Shown piece by piece: positions 33,611 through 43,323 of a DNA stretch of 64,000 bases. A program made the translations under genes and the position numbers. The stretch comes from Candidatus Heimdallarchaeota archaeon. GTDB lineage: Archaea > Asgardarchaeota > Heimdallarchaeia > Heimdallarchaeales > Heimdallarchaeaceae. The DNA lies in the NCBI GenBank assembly GCA_030668875.1, contig DAOVER010000005.1, forward strand, positions 26,597 through 90,596, written 5' to 3'. Below the pieces are notes generated by a model that saw only the letters and a list, made by a program, of their open reading frames with translations, made no database searches and had not been told where the DNA came from. Within the stretch, counting starts at the first letter, position 1; each line of letters begins with the position of its first letter.

Positions 33611-34360
33611 ATGTATAATATAACATTTGTACCTAAAATTAACGAAATCGGTCTCGATGAGAAAATCAAATTCTCTTCGCTTATTGATTATATGCAACAT
33701 GCAGCATATATGCATGCAGATCAATTGGGGGTGGGGCACCATCAGATTTTTCATAAAAATTTAACTTGGTTGCTTCTAAGATATGCAGTAGAAGTTCTTC
33801 GTCATCCCACATTAGATGAAAAACTTAGGGTAGTCACATGGGTAGCTGAATCTGAAAGCCCGAAATTCACCTTAAGAGATTTTGAAATCTATGATGAGAG
33901 GGATAATATCATTTGCAAAGCAACAACAAGCTGGTTGCTATATAATTACAGAAAAAGACAAATTGTGAATTTCGTAGATTATTGGTCAAATTACGATGCA
34001 AGAGAAAAAAGAGCTTTAGATTATGATTTTCCAAAACTAGGATTACCTGAAAAAGTTTCTACAAAGAGAACCATAAAGGTCAGACTACATGATTTAGATA
34101 TTAATCAGCATGTAAATCATCGAATGTATATAGAGTGGATAATAGAGGGATTACCACAGAAAATATTCAAAAAATATGAATTGGAAAAACTGGAAATTAG
34201 TTTTAAGGATCAAGCGCTCTATGAAGATGAAGTTCTGGTGGAAACCGAAGCAGAAAAAATAAAGGGCACAGGACAAATTAAAGCGATTCATCAAATCACA
34301 AAAGGAAAGAAAAAGAGCCTTGTTTCCAAAGCTGTTACCTATTGGGGAGCGCAGAAATGA
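33611..34360 (+). CDS. acyl-ACP thioesterase family (double hotdog) protein
   Basis: IDYMQHAAYMHADQLGVG, NLTWLLLRYAVEV, VVTWV..., RDFEIYDE and DLDINQHVNHRMYIEWI match the FatA/FatB-type thioesterase layout. Confidence 0.7.
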   Translation: MYNITFVPKINEIGLDEKIKFSSLIDYMQHAAYMHADQLGVGHHQIFHKNLTWLLLRYAVEVLRHPTLDEKLRVVTWVAESESPKFTLRDFEIYDERDNIICKATTSWLLYNYRKRQIVNFVDYWSNYDAREKRALDYDFPKLGLPEKVSTKRTIKVRLHDLDINQHVNHRMYIEWIIEGLPQKIFKKYELEKLEISFKDQALYEDEVLVETEAEKIKGTGQIKAIHQITKGKKKSLVSKAVTYWGAQK

Positions 34361-34421
34361 AGAGAAAAGACTCCTAACTAGTTTGAAGTAGATTTATATT
34401 ATAGATTGTCATAAACAAGTT

Positions 34422-36215
34422 ATGGGGTACGAAGCAGTCACTTTTCTATTATTTGCCGCTTATTTGCCGCTTGTTTGGATTCCAATCCGTTTAGCAATCA
34501 AGAAACAAACAGGATACAAAATCGCTCCTGTAGTTCTTGCTCTCTTTCTGATGAGTGTATGGATAGTCGGTTTTATCGGTCGAACAATATTAGTTACAGC
34601 TGTTGAGCATTTAATTTTCGCAGGATCGCTCTCTATTATAGCAGTAATTGTCTTCGAGATAGTTCGAGGTAAAACTAGGTTTCTTAGGAAATTCAAGACA
34701 AGAAGACGTTTGACAGGACTTATCATAATTGTTCTTATCATTGTTGTTGGTGGGAATTCATTATTGGGTATAAACAAAACCATGCAAAGTGCAAGATATT
34801 TTGAGAATATGGTAACCTATGATTCTACCAATTTGCCATTTATTGTTCTTGATGAAGTAAATGAGATAGATAAGAATATGCGACTTGTTACTAAAGAATT
34901 TGCAATAAGCAAAGCAGAACAAAACAAGGCAGTTTTTGGTTCTAACGCTGAATTAATGGAAGCTAATGTCATACTGGTTAACGATTCTATTTACTGGTGT
35001 ATGATTTACGCACCTAAAAGTTCAGCACAATTCTGGACTCCAGGACAATTTAACCATGCTTGGGGATTGATATTGGTTGAAGTTAACAACCCAAACGCTG
35101 AACCTGTAACAATTAATTTTCCAGAAGGAGAGTTTAATTATGCTGATGGTTTATGGCGCAACCACGATATTGTTCTTAAGAATTACCGCCGGGACCAAGG
35201 AGCAAAATACTGGCGTTCATATCCAGCTTGGACAGGTACTGAATGGGTTTACGTTGTTACTCGAACTACAAGAGATGTTTATGGAGCATGGTATTCCGAT
35301 GGGATAGACATTCTTGATATTAAAACAGGCGGTTTAATCACGCATTATACAGCTGAGGAATTAGACACAACCCCCAACTATATCATGCAGATTTATTCTG
35401 AAAGATTGGTTGAAGAAAAATGGATCTGGAACTGGGGTGATAAGAGAGATACGACAGCAGAAGGCAACATACGTTTCTTTAGTGGTTTTCCATATTATAG
35501 TTCAGATAGGATTGGTTTTTATGGAGACGGAGTTGAAGATATCCGTTATGTGAAATATCAAAATTCTACAATAGCTTTCTTTGCCACACATCCTTTTGAT
35601 TCTTCAGAGACTCTCGCAGGTATTGGTGTAATGACAAAAAATGATGTTACGTTTTATGACCTTAGAAAACGAGGATTCATTTCAGCTAATACAGCAGCTA
35701 CGCTAGCTGAGGGGCAGCTTACTGCACCAAATGAAGGTGGTTACATTGTTCAAATGCCAGTACCATATACACTTAACACTTCTATCGGATTGAGATTATC
35801 TTGGTTCATACCCATCTATTGGCAAAGTGGCGCCATACAAAGATTATCTCACGTCTGTGTTATTGATGCCTTAGACTCAAGTTATGTAGCTATAGCTGAA
35901 GCAGAGGGACTATCGGGTTCTCAAGTAGTAAAAGAAGCACGCTTACAATTCAAGTCCTTTTTCACAAGTGAAATTGTCGAAGACCAATATGAAATTGCAC
36001 AAATAGAAGATGTTGGAAGCTACGTAGAAAATGGCGATAGTATTTTTGTTTATCAATTGAATGATAGTCGAACAATACGTTGTTCACAAGATTATCTGAA
36101 TGCAACTCATTGGAATCAAGTTGTTCTAGCGGATATAGGAGACGATATACGATATACATTCACTGAAGATGACGAAGGAATATTTTGGGCAACAGAGTTC
36201 TTTATTTTAACTTAA
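34422..36215 (+). CDS. membrane-anchored protein with a large extracytoplasmic domain (597 aa), function unknown
   Basis: About four N-terminal hydrophobic helices, then a W/Y/G-rich soluble region. No motif recognised. Confidence 0.55.
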   Translation: MGYEAVTFLLFAAYLPLVWIPIRLAIKKQTGYKIAPVVLALFLMSVWIVGFIGRTILVTAVEHLIFAGSLSIIAVIVFEIVRGKTRFLRKFKTRRRLTGLIIIVLIIVVGGNSLLGINKTMQSARYFENMVTYDSTNLPFIVLDEVNEIDKNMRLVTKEFAISKAEQNKAVFGSNAELMEANVILVNDSIYWCMIYAPKSSAQFWTPGQFNHAWGLILVEVNNPNAEPVTINFPEGEFNYADGLWRNHDIVLKNYRRDQGAKYWRSYPAWTGTEWVYVVTRTTRDVYGAWYSDGIDILDIKTGGLITHYTAEELDTTPNYIMQIYSERLVEEKWIWNWGDKRDTTAEGNIRFFSGFPYYSSDRIGFYGDGVEDIRYVKYQNSTIAFFATHPFDSSETLAGIGVMTKNDVTFYDLRKRGFISANTAATLAEGQLTAPNEGGYIVQMPVPYTLNTSIGLRLSWFIPIYWQSGAIQRLSHVCVIDALDSSYVAIAEAEGLSGSQVVKEARLQFKSFFTSEIVEDQYEIAQIEDVGSYVENGDSIFVYQLNDSRTIRCSQDYLNATHWNQVVLADIGDDIRYTFTEDDEGIFWATEFFILT

Positions 36216-36327
36216 TCGTTTGAGAGTAACGATTATTTTTTCTTTTTTCTTATCACTTAACTCTTTTATATTTCTAATTTAAATTAAACCATAGAAAGCA
36301 TTAACAAAGTAGGGTGTTTGAAAATCG

Positions 36328-37350
36328 ATGAACAAGGAAAAAAAGACGTTTGATTTAGTAAGTCTTGGTTCTTGCACTATGGATATGATTGTTTCCGTTG
36401 AAGACGTATTGAGAATGGAACTTGTAGATAAGAACCTAATTGATAAAAAATATTTAGCAATCGAGCATTCTTCAAAATTGAATGTTAGCAACATCAAATT
36501 TCATCCTGGTGGTTCAGCAGCAAATATCTCCTGTGATCTATCCAGCATTGGTTTTAATACGGCATATATAGGGGGAGTTGGAGAAGACTTCAATGGTAAA
36601 GCATGTTTAGAAGATATGCAAAACCATGGAGTAGATACTTCAGGTGTTAAAATATTTGGTGAGGATGTAACAGCTATTTCTGTGATTATACTAACGCCTT
36701 GGGGTAGAGATAGTTCAATATTAGCATACAAAGGAGCAAACAACCTCTTCTCTGAAGAACACATACTAGATGAGATGTTATTATCTACAAGGTGTTTTGT
36801 TTGGACATCATTAACTTCTAACAACGGCATTAAAGCAATAGAAAAATGCATAAAACTAGCTAAATCAATTAATGGTTTAATTGTTGGGGCACCATCGATT
36901 TCAATCATAAAAAATCGTTCAGAGGAAGTAATTAACTTGCTTCGACAAAGCGATATTACAAGTTTAAATGAAGAAGAACTTATTGCTCTCACTAATGAAA
37001 CTGATATAAAAAAAGGAATGGAGAAATTATTTGATTTAGGCATTAATATTGTTAATGTCACATTTGGAAAAGAAGGTCAGTGGTTGAGCGATGGAAAGAC
37101 AATTATAAAGACCAAGCCTCCAAAGGTCTTTGCAGCTGATACAACAGGTGCTGGTGACGCAACTATCAGCGGCATCATTTATGGTATATTAGAGGAAAAG
37201 AGTATTGTAGAAACAGCTAGAATAGCTGCTTCATTAAGCGCAATGGAAATTGAATCTCCAGGTGTGAGAGTAGGAACACCAGTAAAATATACAGAATTAG
37301 AGGAATTCATGAAAAAGCATCCAATCACTCAGACAATAGTTGATTTCTGA
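36328..37350 (+). CDS. PfkB-family carbohydrate/nucleoside kinase
   Basis: GGSAANISCDLSSIG near the N-terminus and DTTGAGDA near the C-terminus. Confidence 0.85.
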   Translation: MNKEKKTFDLVSLGSCTMDMIVSVEDVLRMELVDKNLIDKKYLAIEHSSKLNVSNIKFHPGGSAANISCDLSSIGFNTAYIGGVGEDFNGKACLEDMQNHGVDTSGVKIFGEDVTAISVIILTPWGRDSSILAYKGANNLFSEEHILDEMLLSTRCFVWTSLTSNNGIKAIEKCIKLAKSINGLIVGAPSISIIKNRSEEVINLLRQSDITSLNEEELIALTNETDIKKGMEKLFDLGINIVNVTFGKEGQWLSDGKTIIKTKPPKVFAADTTGAGDATISGIIYGILEEKSIVETARIAASLSAMEIESPGVRVGTPVKYTELEEFMKKHPITQTIVDF

Positions 37351-37392
37351 ATGAAGAATATTTGTGTGAATCCTATTGCATTTTCAATGCAT

Positions 37393-38121
37393 TCAGCTTC
37401 CAGGGAACAGATTCATTAAATCTACAAGTGATGAAATTATAAAATCAGGACTTTCTAGCTCAAGTCTAGATCGAGTGAAATCTCCTAGATCCCCTAAGAT
37501 CCCCACAGTTTTTGTTCCTCCAGCTTTACCAGCTCTGATATCTTGAGGAAAATCCCCAATCATAGCACACATTGAGGGATCCTTACCTAGTTCCATACAC
37601 GCTAGCAATAAAGATTCTGGATAAGGTTTGATTTTCTTAACTTTATTTCGTGTAATTATGACATCAAAGTTATTTAAGAATTCAATATGTTTCTTAACTT
37701 TGTTAACAGTCTTGTCACCAGCATTTGTAACAATGGCTAAATCGTAACCTCGGGAATGAAGAACTTCCAAAATATCATTTACACCATCAAGTGGAACTAT
37801 GTTTCTAAAAGCCATTGGATCAGATTTAACATTTCTTAACACCTTAACAACATCAATAAGAGATAGTTTCAATGCTCGGGCTGACTTCCACACCATTTGT
37901 AGTTTTAATAGTTTTGAACTACCTTGTGAGGTTTCCATTACTTGAGTTATCATGTCTTCTAGAACCTCTTGCCGTTTTTGTTTATCATAATCTGGTTTAA
38001 CCTTGTCAAAAGCTCTTATGAATGGATACCACCATCTTTCACCAAGATCAATAAGTGTACCATCCATATCAAAAAGCAGAGCATCCACTTCATCTATTGG
38101 AATCATATCTAACTGCACCAA
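37393..38121 (-). CDS. HAD-superfamily phosphatase
   Basis: Motif I LLFDMDGTLID, motif II VTNAGDK, and motifs III/IV K...MIGDFPQDIRAGKAGG. Confidence 0.85.
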   Translation of the reverse strand: MVQLDMIPIDEVDALLFDMDGTLIDLGERWWYPFIRAFDKVKPDYDKQKRQEVLEDMITQVMETSQGSSKLLKLQMVWKSARALKLSLIDVVKVLRNVKSDPMAFRNIVPLDGVNDILEVLHSRGYDLAIVTNAGDKTVNKVKKHIEFLNNFDVIITRNKVKKIKPYPESLLLACMELGKDPSMCAMIGDFPQDIRAGKAGGTKTVGILGDLGDFTRSRLELESPDFIISSLVDLMNLFPGS

Positions 38122-38212
38122 AAGTATGATTATAATAATGTTATTAATCTATCAAAATCATCTGATTTGTTAACCAGAAGTCTTTTTAGATAACGCTATT
38201 TGTGTTGTAACA

Positions 38213-38833
38213 ATGAAAGTCTTTATTCTAATAGGGTTGCAAATAAGTGGCAAATCATCTCATGGCTATAGATTAAGAGAAGAAGAAGGAATACCAATGG
38301 TAGAGACCGGGCACGCGGTTTATCATGAGCTGAAACGATTGAATTTAGAAGTTAATCATGAGAATAGTAGCAAAGTTATAATTGGTTTGTTAGCCCAAGA
38401 CCCTACAGCTTTTACTCGTACAATACTAGATTATGAAAAAAAAACCTATGAGGGAGCTAAGTGTCTTATTTTAAATGGCGTAAAATCACCAGCAGAAGTT
38501 GAGTATACACAGAGTCGATTCGGTAAAGAGAACGTAACAGTCTTTGGATTTCATTGCAGTCAACAGACACGTTTTAGCAGAGTAACTAACCCTGATAGGT
38601 TCGAGGTATCGGGTCAATTTCACGAAAAAACACAAGAAGATCAAGATTTGGCAAAATGGGAGAACTTCAAGAGTAGAGATTTAAGAGAGATTGGCTTAGG
38701 GATAGGAAATGCTCTCGCTTTTGCGAATGAAATAATCTGTACAGAGGATAATTTTTGGCCATATAATTCATTTGAGAGTTCATATAAACAGTTTCATAAG
38801 CATATTTTTGATAGACTAACAAAGTCTACTTAG
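38213..38833 (+). CDS. P-loop kinase-like protein (UPF0200/dephospho-CoA-kinase-like)
   Basis: N-terminal ILIGLQISGKSS P-loop variant. Size and layout resemble archaeal UPF0200 proteins (weak). Confidence 0.35.
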   Translation: MKVFILIGLQISGKSSHGYRLREEEGIPMVETGHAVYHELKRLNLEVNHENSSKVIIGLLAQDPTAFTRTILDYEKKTYEGAKCLILNGVKSPAEVEYTQSRFGKENVTVFGFHCSQQTRFSRVTNPDRFEVSGQFHEKTQEDQDLAKWENFKSRDLREIGLGIGNALAFANEIICTEDNFWPYNSFESSYKQFHKHIFDRLTKST

Positions 38834-38854
38834 CGCTTTCATTATCTGCAATTG

Positions 38855-41389
38855 CTATTTTTTTGGAGAGCTTGGATAAGTTCCGATTGGCATTAGCACT
38901 CGCTTTACACTAGAGACTATACCGTGTTCCTTTTCAGGAAGAGTTATTGCATCAATCTGTGCTTCACCTAATGCAACCAATTCATTCTTCAAGGTATAAA
39001 TCGCTACCATGTCGCCTGCTTTGAATTCTTCTGAATACCTTGAAACACCTGGTAAAGCTAATGGGGCACCATGACAGATAGTATTAACCGCACTGTCTTT
39101 GATAATAACTTGTGGTATATGTCTCACCCCATATTCCATAGGTAGAATAATGTTTCGTAAGGGATTTTCATCTTTTTCTTCTCTATACCATGCAAAAGCA
39201 TCATATAAATCATGGAGAGTGGATAAGAAATCATTTTCCGAAAATGGTCCAGAGCGCGTTCGTCTAAGTTCCTTCATATGAGCGCCACACGATAAACTTT
39301 GTCCAATATCATGGCAATTAGAAGACACAAAACCTGTTTCAATGAGAAAATTATGAGTTTTTGGTACAGTCATATCATAAACATAACCAGTACTTTGGAC
39401 ATTCTCAATTGATTCTATTTTTTCAATAATGAAATCATCCAGTTCTGGTAACATTATGTGTGTAGAAGCAGTTTTGTAGAACCCTCGCGTCATAGGGATA
39501 TTTTCTTTTAAAATTCTATCCAAATTTCCACCCATTATTTTTTTCAATTCTGTTTTATGGGAAATTAAATAATTCGCAAAATGAAAACCAATATGATATT
39601 TATCTCCATATTCATGATCAGAATTCAGTTCTTCGAACTCAGTGAATTTTCTGATTTTCTCTGGATGGTTAGAACCAATTTCATTGATGAATTTCAACTC
39701 TGCACCTATCGTACCAACAGACACTATATACATTGTAGTGATATAATTCTTAAAATTAACTTCTCTTGAAAAAATAGTATTTTCAATTTCTAATTTAAGT
39801 AGTAATTTATGAAGTATTATTGCTTCACTTCTGTTAACCGTGTATAAAGAAATACGAGATTTAACACTATGAGAATATGTTTTTATTTGTACAGACCCAT
39901 CCCCATCAAAATAACCTCGTAAGTAGGAACAAATCAATTTAGGTTCAAGTTGGAGCAAAGGAGAAAAATCAGCATTCTTTTTTGGGCTTCTTATTCCTAA
40001 AGATGCTGCTATAGTAGCAAGAAGAGAGTTTGTAAGAGATACACCCCAAACACCATTTTTATCTTGATTAACCGAATAATGTGAATTTGGGAATAATTCT
40101 TTGTAAATTTCAACATACTTATCAATTAGTTCCTTATTTGTATTATTAAAAATTAATCTTGTATAACGTACTGTATTTTTCTCTTTTGAATTATTTCCAT
40201 CTGAAGCAATTAATCCTAAAAGATAAAATAAAGATTCATTTAGCTCTCTTAGCTTAATGATTTGACCTTTTACTTGCTTAAATCTATAAATTTGTTCTTT
40301 AACATCTTCATATATTCCAGCTAGTTTAAGATGTTTTATTTTTATCGAGTAAGAAGAGTTTGAAACAAATGGCTGCCTACTAACATCTAGTTTTCTGCTC
40401 ATTTCTCTAATACTACCATATTTTTTAATGAAGGCGTTTTTACATTTTTCCTTTATTTCATCTTGTTCTATAAGGTACTCATCATCCAAAAGATCTGACA
40501 CAATTAGTTTTTTACTAGTTAAGTTTGGTTTAAAACTTTTAACTAAAAAATCACCAACTCTTAATTTTCTAGCTTCAGTCATATTATAACCAACATCTGT
40601 AGATTTCAACATTTCATGGTCTGGTGTAATAATTATTGAAATACCAGTTTTCATTTTTAGTTTAATTAAAACTGGAGGGGAAGGGATGGTTTGAACTGCA
40701 GATGGATCTTTTTGATCTATTTTTCCATCAACAAAAGAAAAGATTGTTTTTGGACTTTCAACGAAATCTTTAGCTGAAACTGATCCTTCAGCTGTAAGAA
40801 TCTGAGTATTAGGATGTAAACAATATTTTCTAACATAAAATCCTGCTTGAGAGCTTATCCTAAAAAGAACTTCTCTTTCCCTTATATCAAGAATCTCTGA
40901 ATTATAGATGGTTCGAATTCTTAATACTCTTTTTACACTTGCCCTTAATGGGGGTCTTTGATACAAATCACCAACATAATCACCAACAATAGATCTTATT
41001 CTTTCTTCATCAATATCGGCGTGTAATCGCATATTTCCAACGTATTCCTTTCCAGCGAGGAGAAGTGTATCCAATATTCGAGTTGCTTTTCCTAAAGCCG
41101 TAGGAAGAACACCGGTTACCTGTGGGTCCAAGGTTCCAGAATGACCCGCTTTTGGAATGCCAAGAATCTTTTTTACATAACTAACTACTTCATGGCTAGT
41201 TGGATTAGGAGGTTTGTCCAAGTTGATGATACCATAATTCAATAATTCTGCAATTGTTCGATTTGAAGGCTTTTTTCCCCATTTAAAATCAGTTGTATCT
41301 CTGGAAAGTATCTTTAAGGGGTACTTATTGTCATCAAATGATAACTTTGGGGTGGAAAAAACTAATGTCATGATATCATCACGGAGCAC
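38855..41389 (-). CDS. cbf5: H/ACA RNP pseudouridine synthase Cbf5 (TruB family) interrupted by an intein
   Basis: The exteins carry GHSGTLDPQVTGVLP (catalytic Asp motif), YQRPPLRASVKR, AGFYVRKY|CHDIG..GAHMKELRRTRSG and a PUA-like C-terminus. The exteins sum to 342 aa. Confidence 0.9.
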   Translation of the reverse strand: MLRDDIMTLVFSTPKLSFDDNKYPLKILSRDTTDFKWGKKPSNRTIAELLNYGIINLDKPPNPTSHEVVSYVKKILGIPKAGHSGTLDPQVTGVLPTALGKATRILDTLLLAGKEYVGNMRLHADIDEERIRSIVGDYVGDLYQRPPLRASVKRVLRIRTIYNSEILDIREREVLFRISSQAGFYVRKYCLHPNTQILTAEGSVSAKDFVESPKTIFSFVDGKIDQKDPSAVQTIPSPPVLIKLKMKTGISIIITPDHEMLKSTDVGYNMTEARKLRVGDFLVKSFKPNLTSKKLIVSDLLDDEYLIEQDEIKEKCKNAFIKKYGSIREMSRKLDVSRQPFVSNSSYSIKIKHLKLAGIYEDVKEQIYRFKQVKGQIIKLRELNESLFYLLGLIASDGNNSKEKNTVRYTRLIFNNTNKELIDKYVEIYKELFPNSHYSVNQDKNGVWGVSLTNSLLATIAASLGIRSPKKNADFSPLLQLEPKLICSYLRGYFDGDGSVQIKTYSHSVKSRISLYTVNRSEAIILHKLLLKLEIENTIFSREVNFKNYITTMYIVSVGTIGAELKFINEIGSNHPEKIRKFTEFEELNSDHEYGDKYHIGFHFANYLISHKTELKKIMGGNLDRILKENIPMTRGFYKTASTHIMLPELDDFIIEKIESIENVQSTGYVYDMTVPKTHNFLIETGFVSSNCHDIGQSLSCGAHMKELRRTRSGPFSENDFLSTLHDLYDAFAWYREEKDENPLRNIILPMEYGVRHIPQVIIKDSAVNTICHGAPLALPGVSRYSEEFKAGDMVAIYTLKNELVALGEAQIDAITLPEKEHGIVSSVKRVLMPIGTYPSSPKK
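39317..40822 (-). mobile_element. 502-aa intein with a LAGLIDADG homing endonuclease domain inside cbf5
   Basis: Starts at Cys (CLHPNTQILTAEG). Block B is IITPDHEML. The LAGLIDADG motifs are LLGLIASDGN and YLRGYFDGDGSV. Ends ...NFLIETGFVSSN, followed by the +1 Cys of CHDIG. Confidence 0.85.
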
Positions 41390-41421
41390 TAAGAAAAATA
41401 GAGATATAAGGTTTGAGGAAA

Positions 41422-41703
41422 TTAAATCTGTGGAACTACGACTTCTTCCATGAATTCCTTAAAACCCGCTTCATTGATAGCAGCAGAAACATCGTCATCA
41501 TTAGCATCTCGTTTTACTGAAACTAGTTTATCGGTTGGTTCTAAATGCATAACATTGCATTTTCTTCTTCTAACTGATGTTAGTTCTTTTGGACCTGTAA
41601 CTAAAACATAATTTTGATTAATTAAATCCACGATCACAGCTTTCTTTCCTGCTTCTCTTCCGTTTGTTTTTACTATAATTCTTCCAATTTGAATTGCAGT
41701 CAC
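41422..41703 (-). CDS. rpl14e: 50S ribosomal protein eL14
   Basis: GRIIVKTNGREAGKKAVIVDLINQNYVLVTGP (KOW-like). Position is the conserved one between cmk and cbf5. Confidence 0.8.
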   Translation of the reverse strand: MTAIQIGRIIVKTNGREAGKKAVIVDLINQNYVLVTGPKELTSVRRRKCNVMHLEPTDKLVSVKRDANDDDVSAAINEAGFKEFMEEVVVPQI

Positions 41704-41705
41704 TT

Positions 41706-42245
41706 TTATTCACCTTTTGTTATTTTCTTAACTGATGCCATTATTATATCAACACACTCAGCTGCATCATATTTTTTTGTGTTGATTATTACATCATAGA
41801 TGGACAAATCAGAGATGTCAATATTATAGAGTTTTTGATATCTGTCTCTTTCTGATTCTTCTCTCATCAACGTCTCTTTTTTGATTTCTTCTATAGATCT
41901 GTTTTCTCTTTCAGCAATGCGTTGAATTCTTGTCTTTACAGGTGCTGTAATGTAGATTATCAAATCAGCAACCTTTCTTAGAACCCATCCACCTAATTGA
42001 GCGTCAACTATAATGCCATTTTCTACTTTTGCAAGTTCTACAGTTTTATTGTCTATGTATGTATCAATTTCATTGTTGGTTTCTGCAAGCTTGCTAAATT
42101 CTTCAATGGTCATGCCTTTTTCTTTAGCCATTTCTCTAAACAGTTGTCCAGCTGATACGTATGTATAATTCAACAACTCTGCTACAGTTTTTGCAGCTGT
42201 GCTTTTCCCTGAACCATGTGGACCAGAAATAGCTATTATAGGCAA
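41706..42245 (-). CDS. cmk: cytidylate kinase (archaeal type)
   Basis: P-loop IAISGPHGSGKST. Size and the conserved eL34-cmk-eL14 context fit. Confidence 0.8.
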   Translation of the reverse strand: MPIIAISGPHGSGKSTAAKTVAELLNYTYVSAGQLFREMAKEKGMTIEEFSKLAETNNEIDTYIDNKTVELAKVENGIIVDAQLGGWVLRKVADLIIYITAPVKTRIQRIAERENRSIEEIKKETLMREESERDRYQKLYNIDISDLSIYDVIINTKKYDAAECVDIIMASVKKITKGE

Positions 42246-42259
42246 AATCGTTACTTCCC

Positions 42260-42517
42260 TTAGCTTCGAACATCCGCTTTAATTGCACTTTTTAAACATC
42301 GAGAGCATAAATGACCCGCATGTTGTCTACTAGGGAGATGTTCAGAACGGGACATTTTTCTTACTTTATTCTGAGATCCAAATGCAACACCATGGAGGAT
42401 AGCCCCACATTGTGAGCAATGAGGTTTTTTAGTTCGCTTGGAAATTTTCTTTAATCTAGTTTCAGATGGGGTTCGTACTAGTCTTGTTTTTGAAACACGT
42501 AATGATGGTCTAACCAT
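42260..42517 (-). CDS. rpl34e: 50S ribosomal protein eL34
   Basis: RTPSETRLKKISKRTKKPHCSQCGAILHGV. The start is moved to the ATG at 42517, which is preceded by GAGGAG. This removes the overlap with the upstream gene. Confidence 0.85.
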   Translation of the reverse strand: MVRPSLRVSKTRLVRTPSETRLKKISKRTKKPHCSQCGAILHGVAFGSQNKVRKMSRSEHLPSRQHAGHLCSRCLKSAIKADVRS

Positions 42518-42527
42518 AAATATCTCC

Positions 42528-43247
42528 TCATTTGTTTGTCTTAGATTGAGGTTTGTTCTTTGCAAGTTGTTCTTTTTTAGAAACAGTTGCTGTCTTTAAA
42601 GGTTCAATTTTTTTGCTCTTTTTCTTTGTATGAGTTGCTCCAGAGGGAGTTGCTCCAAATATTCTACTAAGCAATGAACCAAAAGCAAAAGATACCATAA
42701 AATACCAGAGAGTAAAAGGCGCTTTTGAGTATCCATGATATTTTAGGGGTAAAGTTGTATCCACTACACCAGATGGGTATGATATACCAGATACTTGGAA
42801 CCATGGATTTCCTATCCAGGGAAAATCACCCAGATTAAAGGGTAACCATGCATAGTTATGATCAGTTGTAAAAGCGGTTCTAAGTATAGCAAATAAAATC
42901 AAGAAGGGAATGGTTGTGATAAGCATTGGTTTCATTCTTTTGAACATCATGGAGGATTGTAATTTCTTTACTCTTTCTTCATCTCTTTTGACACTCAACC
43001 ATAATTTCTTATCAGCGGTTTGCATTGCTGTTTTTCTCTTTTGATTCCAATCGTTAACTTTCTGCATACTTTCTTTTAATGCATCAGTATCAAGTATCAA
43101 TCGAGTAGCCAGTGTAGATATGCTTGCAAGCATGATTGAAGTTAGGGCTATAAATAGTGCAGAGTTAGGAAGTTGATTCCATCCCATACTAGTTATCCAT
43201 TCTGCAATTCCTGTAAACCATGGGTCCCAAAATGCCATATAAATCAC
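42528..43247 (-). CDS. DUF106/EMC3/TMCO1-like (Oxa1-superfamily) membrane protein
   Basis: TM helix, then coiled coil (KVNDWNQKRK...ERVKKLQSSMMFKRMKPM), then TM helices. Sits at the conserved position next to eL34 and cmk. Confidence 0.6.
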   Translation of the reverse strand: MIYMAFWDPWFTGIAEWITSMGWNQLPNSALFIALTSIMLASISTLATRLILDTDALKESMQKVNDWNQKRKTAMQTADKKLWLSVKRDEERVKKLQSSMMFKRMKPMLITTIPFLILFAILRTAFTTDHNYAWLPFNLGDFPWIGNPWFQVSGISYPSGVVDTTLPLKYHGYSKAPFTLWYFMVSFAFGSLLSRIFGATPSGATHTKKKSKKIEPLKTATVSKKEQLAKNKPQSKTNK

Positions 43248-43323
43248 TTCTTTTGCTTACTTACTCCACAAATAACTCACTTTTAAAAGCTTTTGTAACT
43301 AGAGTTTTTAATAATCTAATTCT

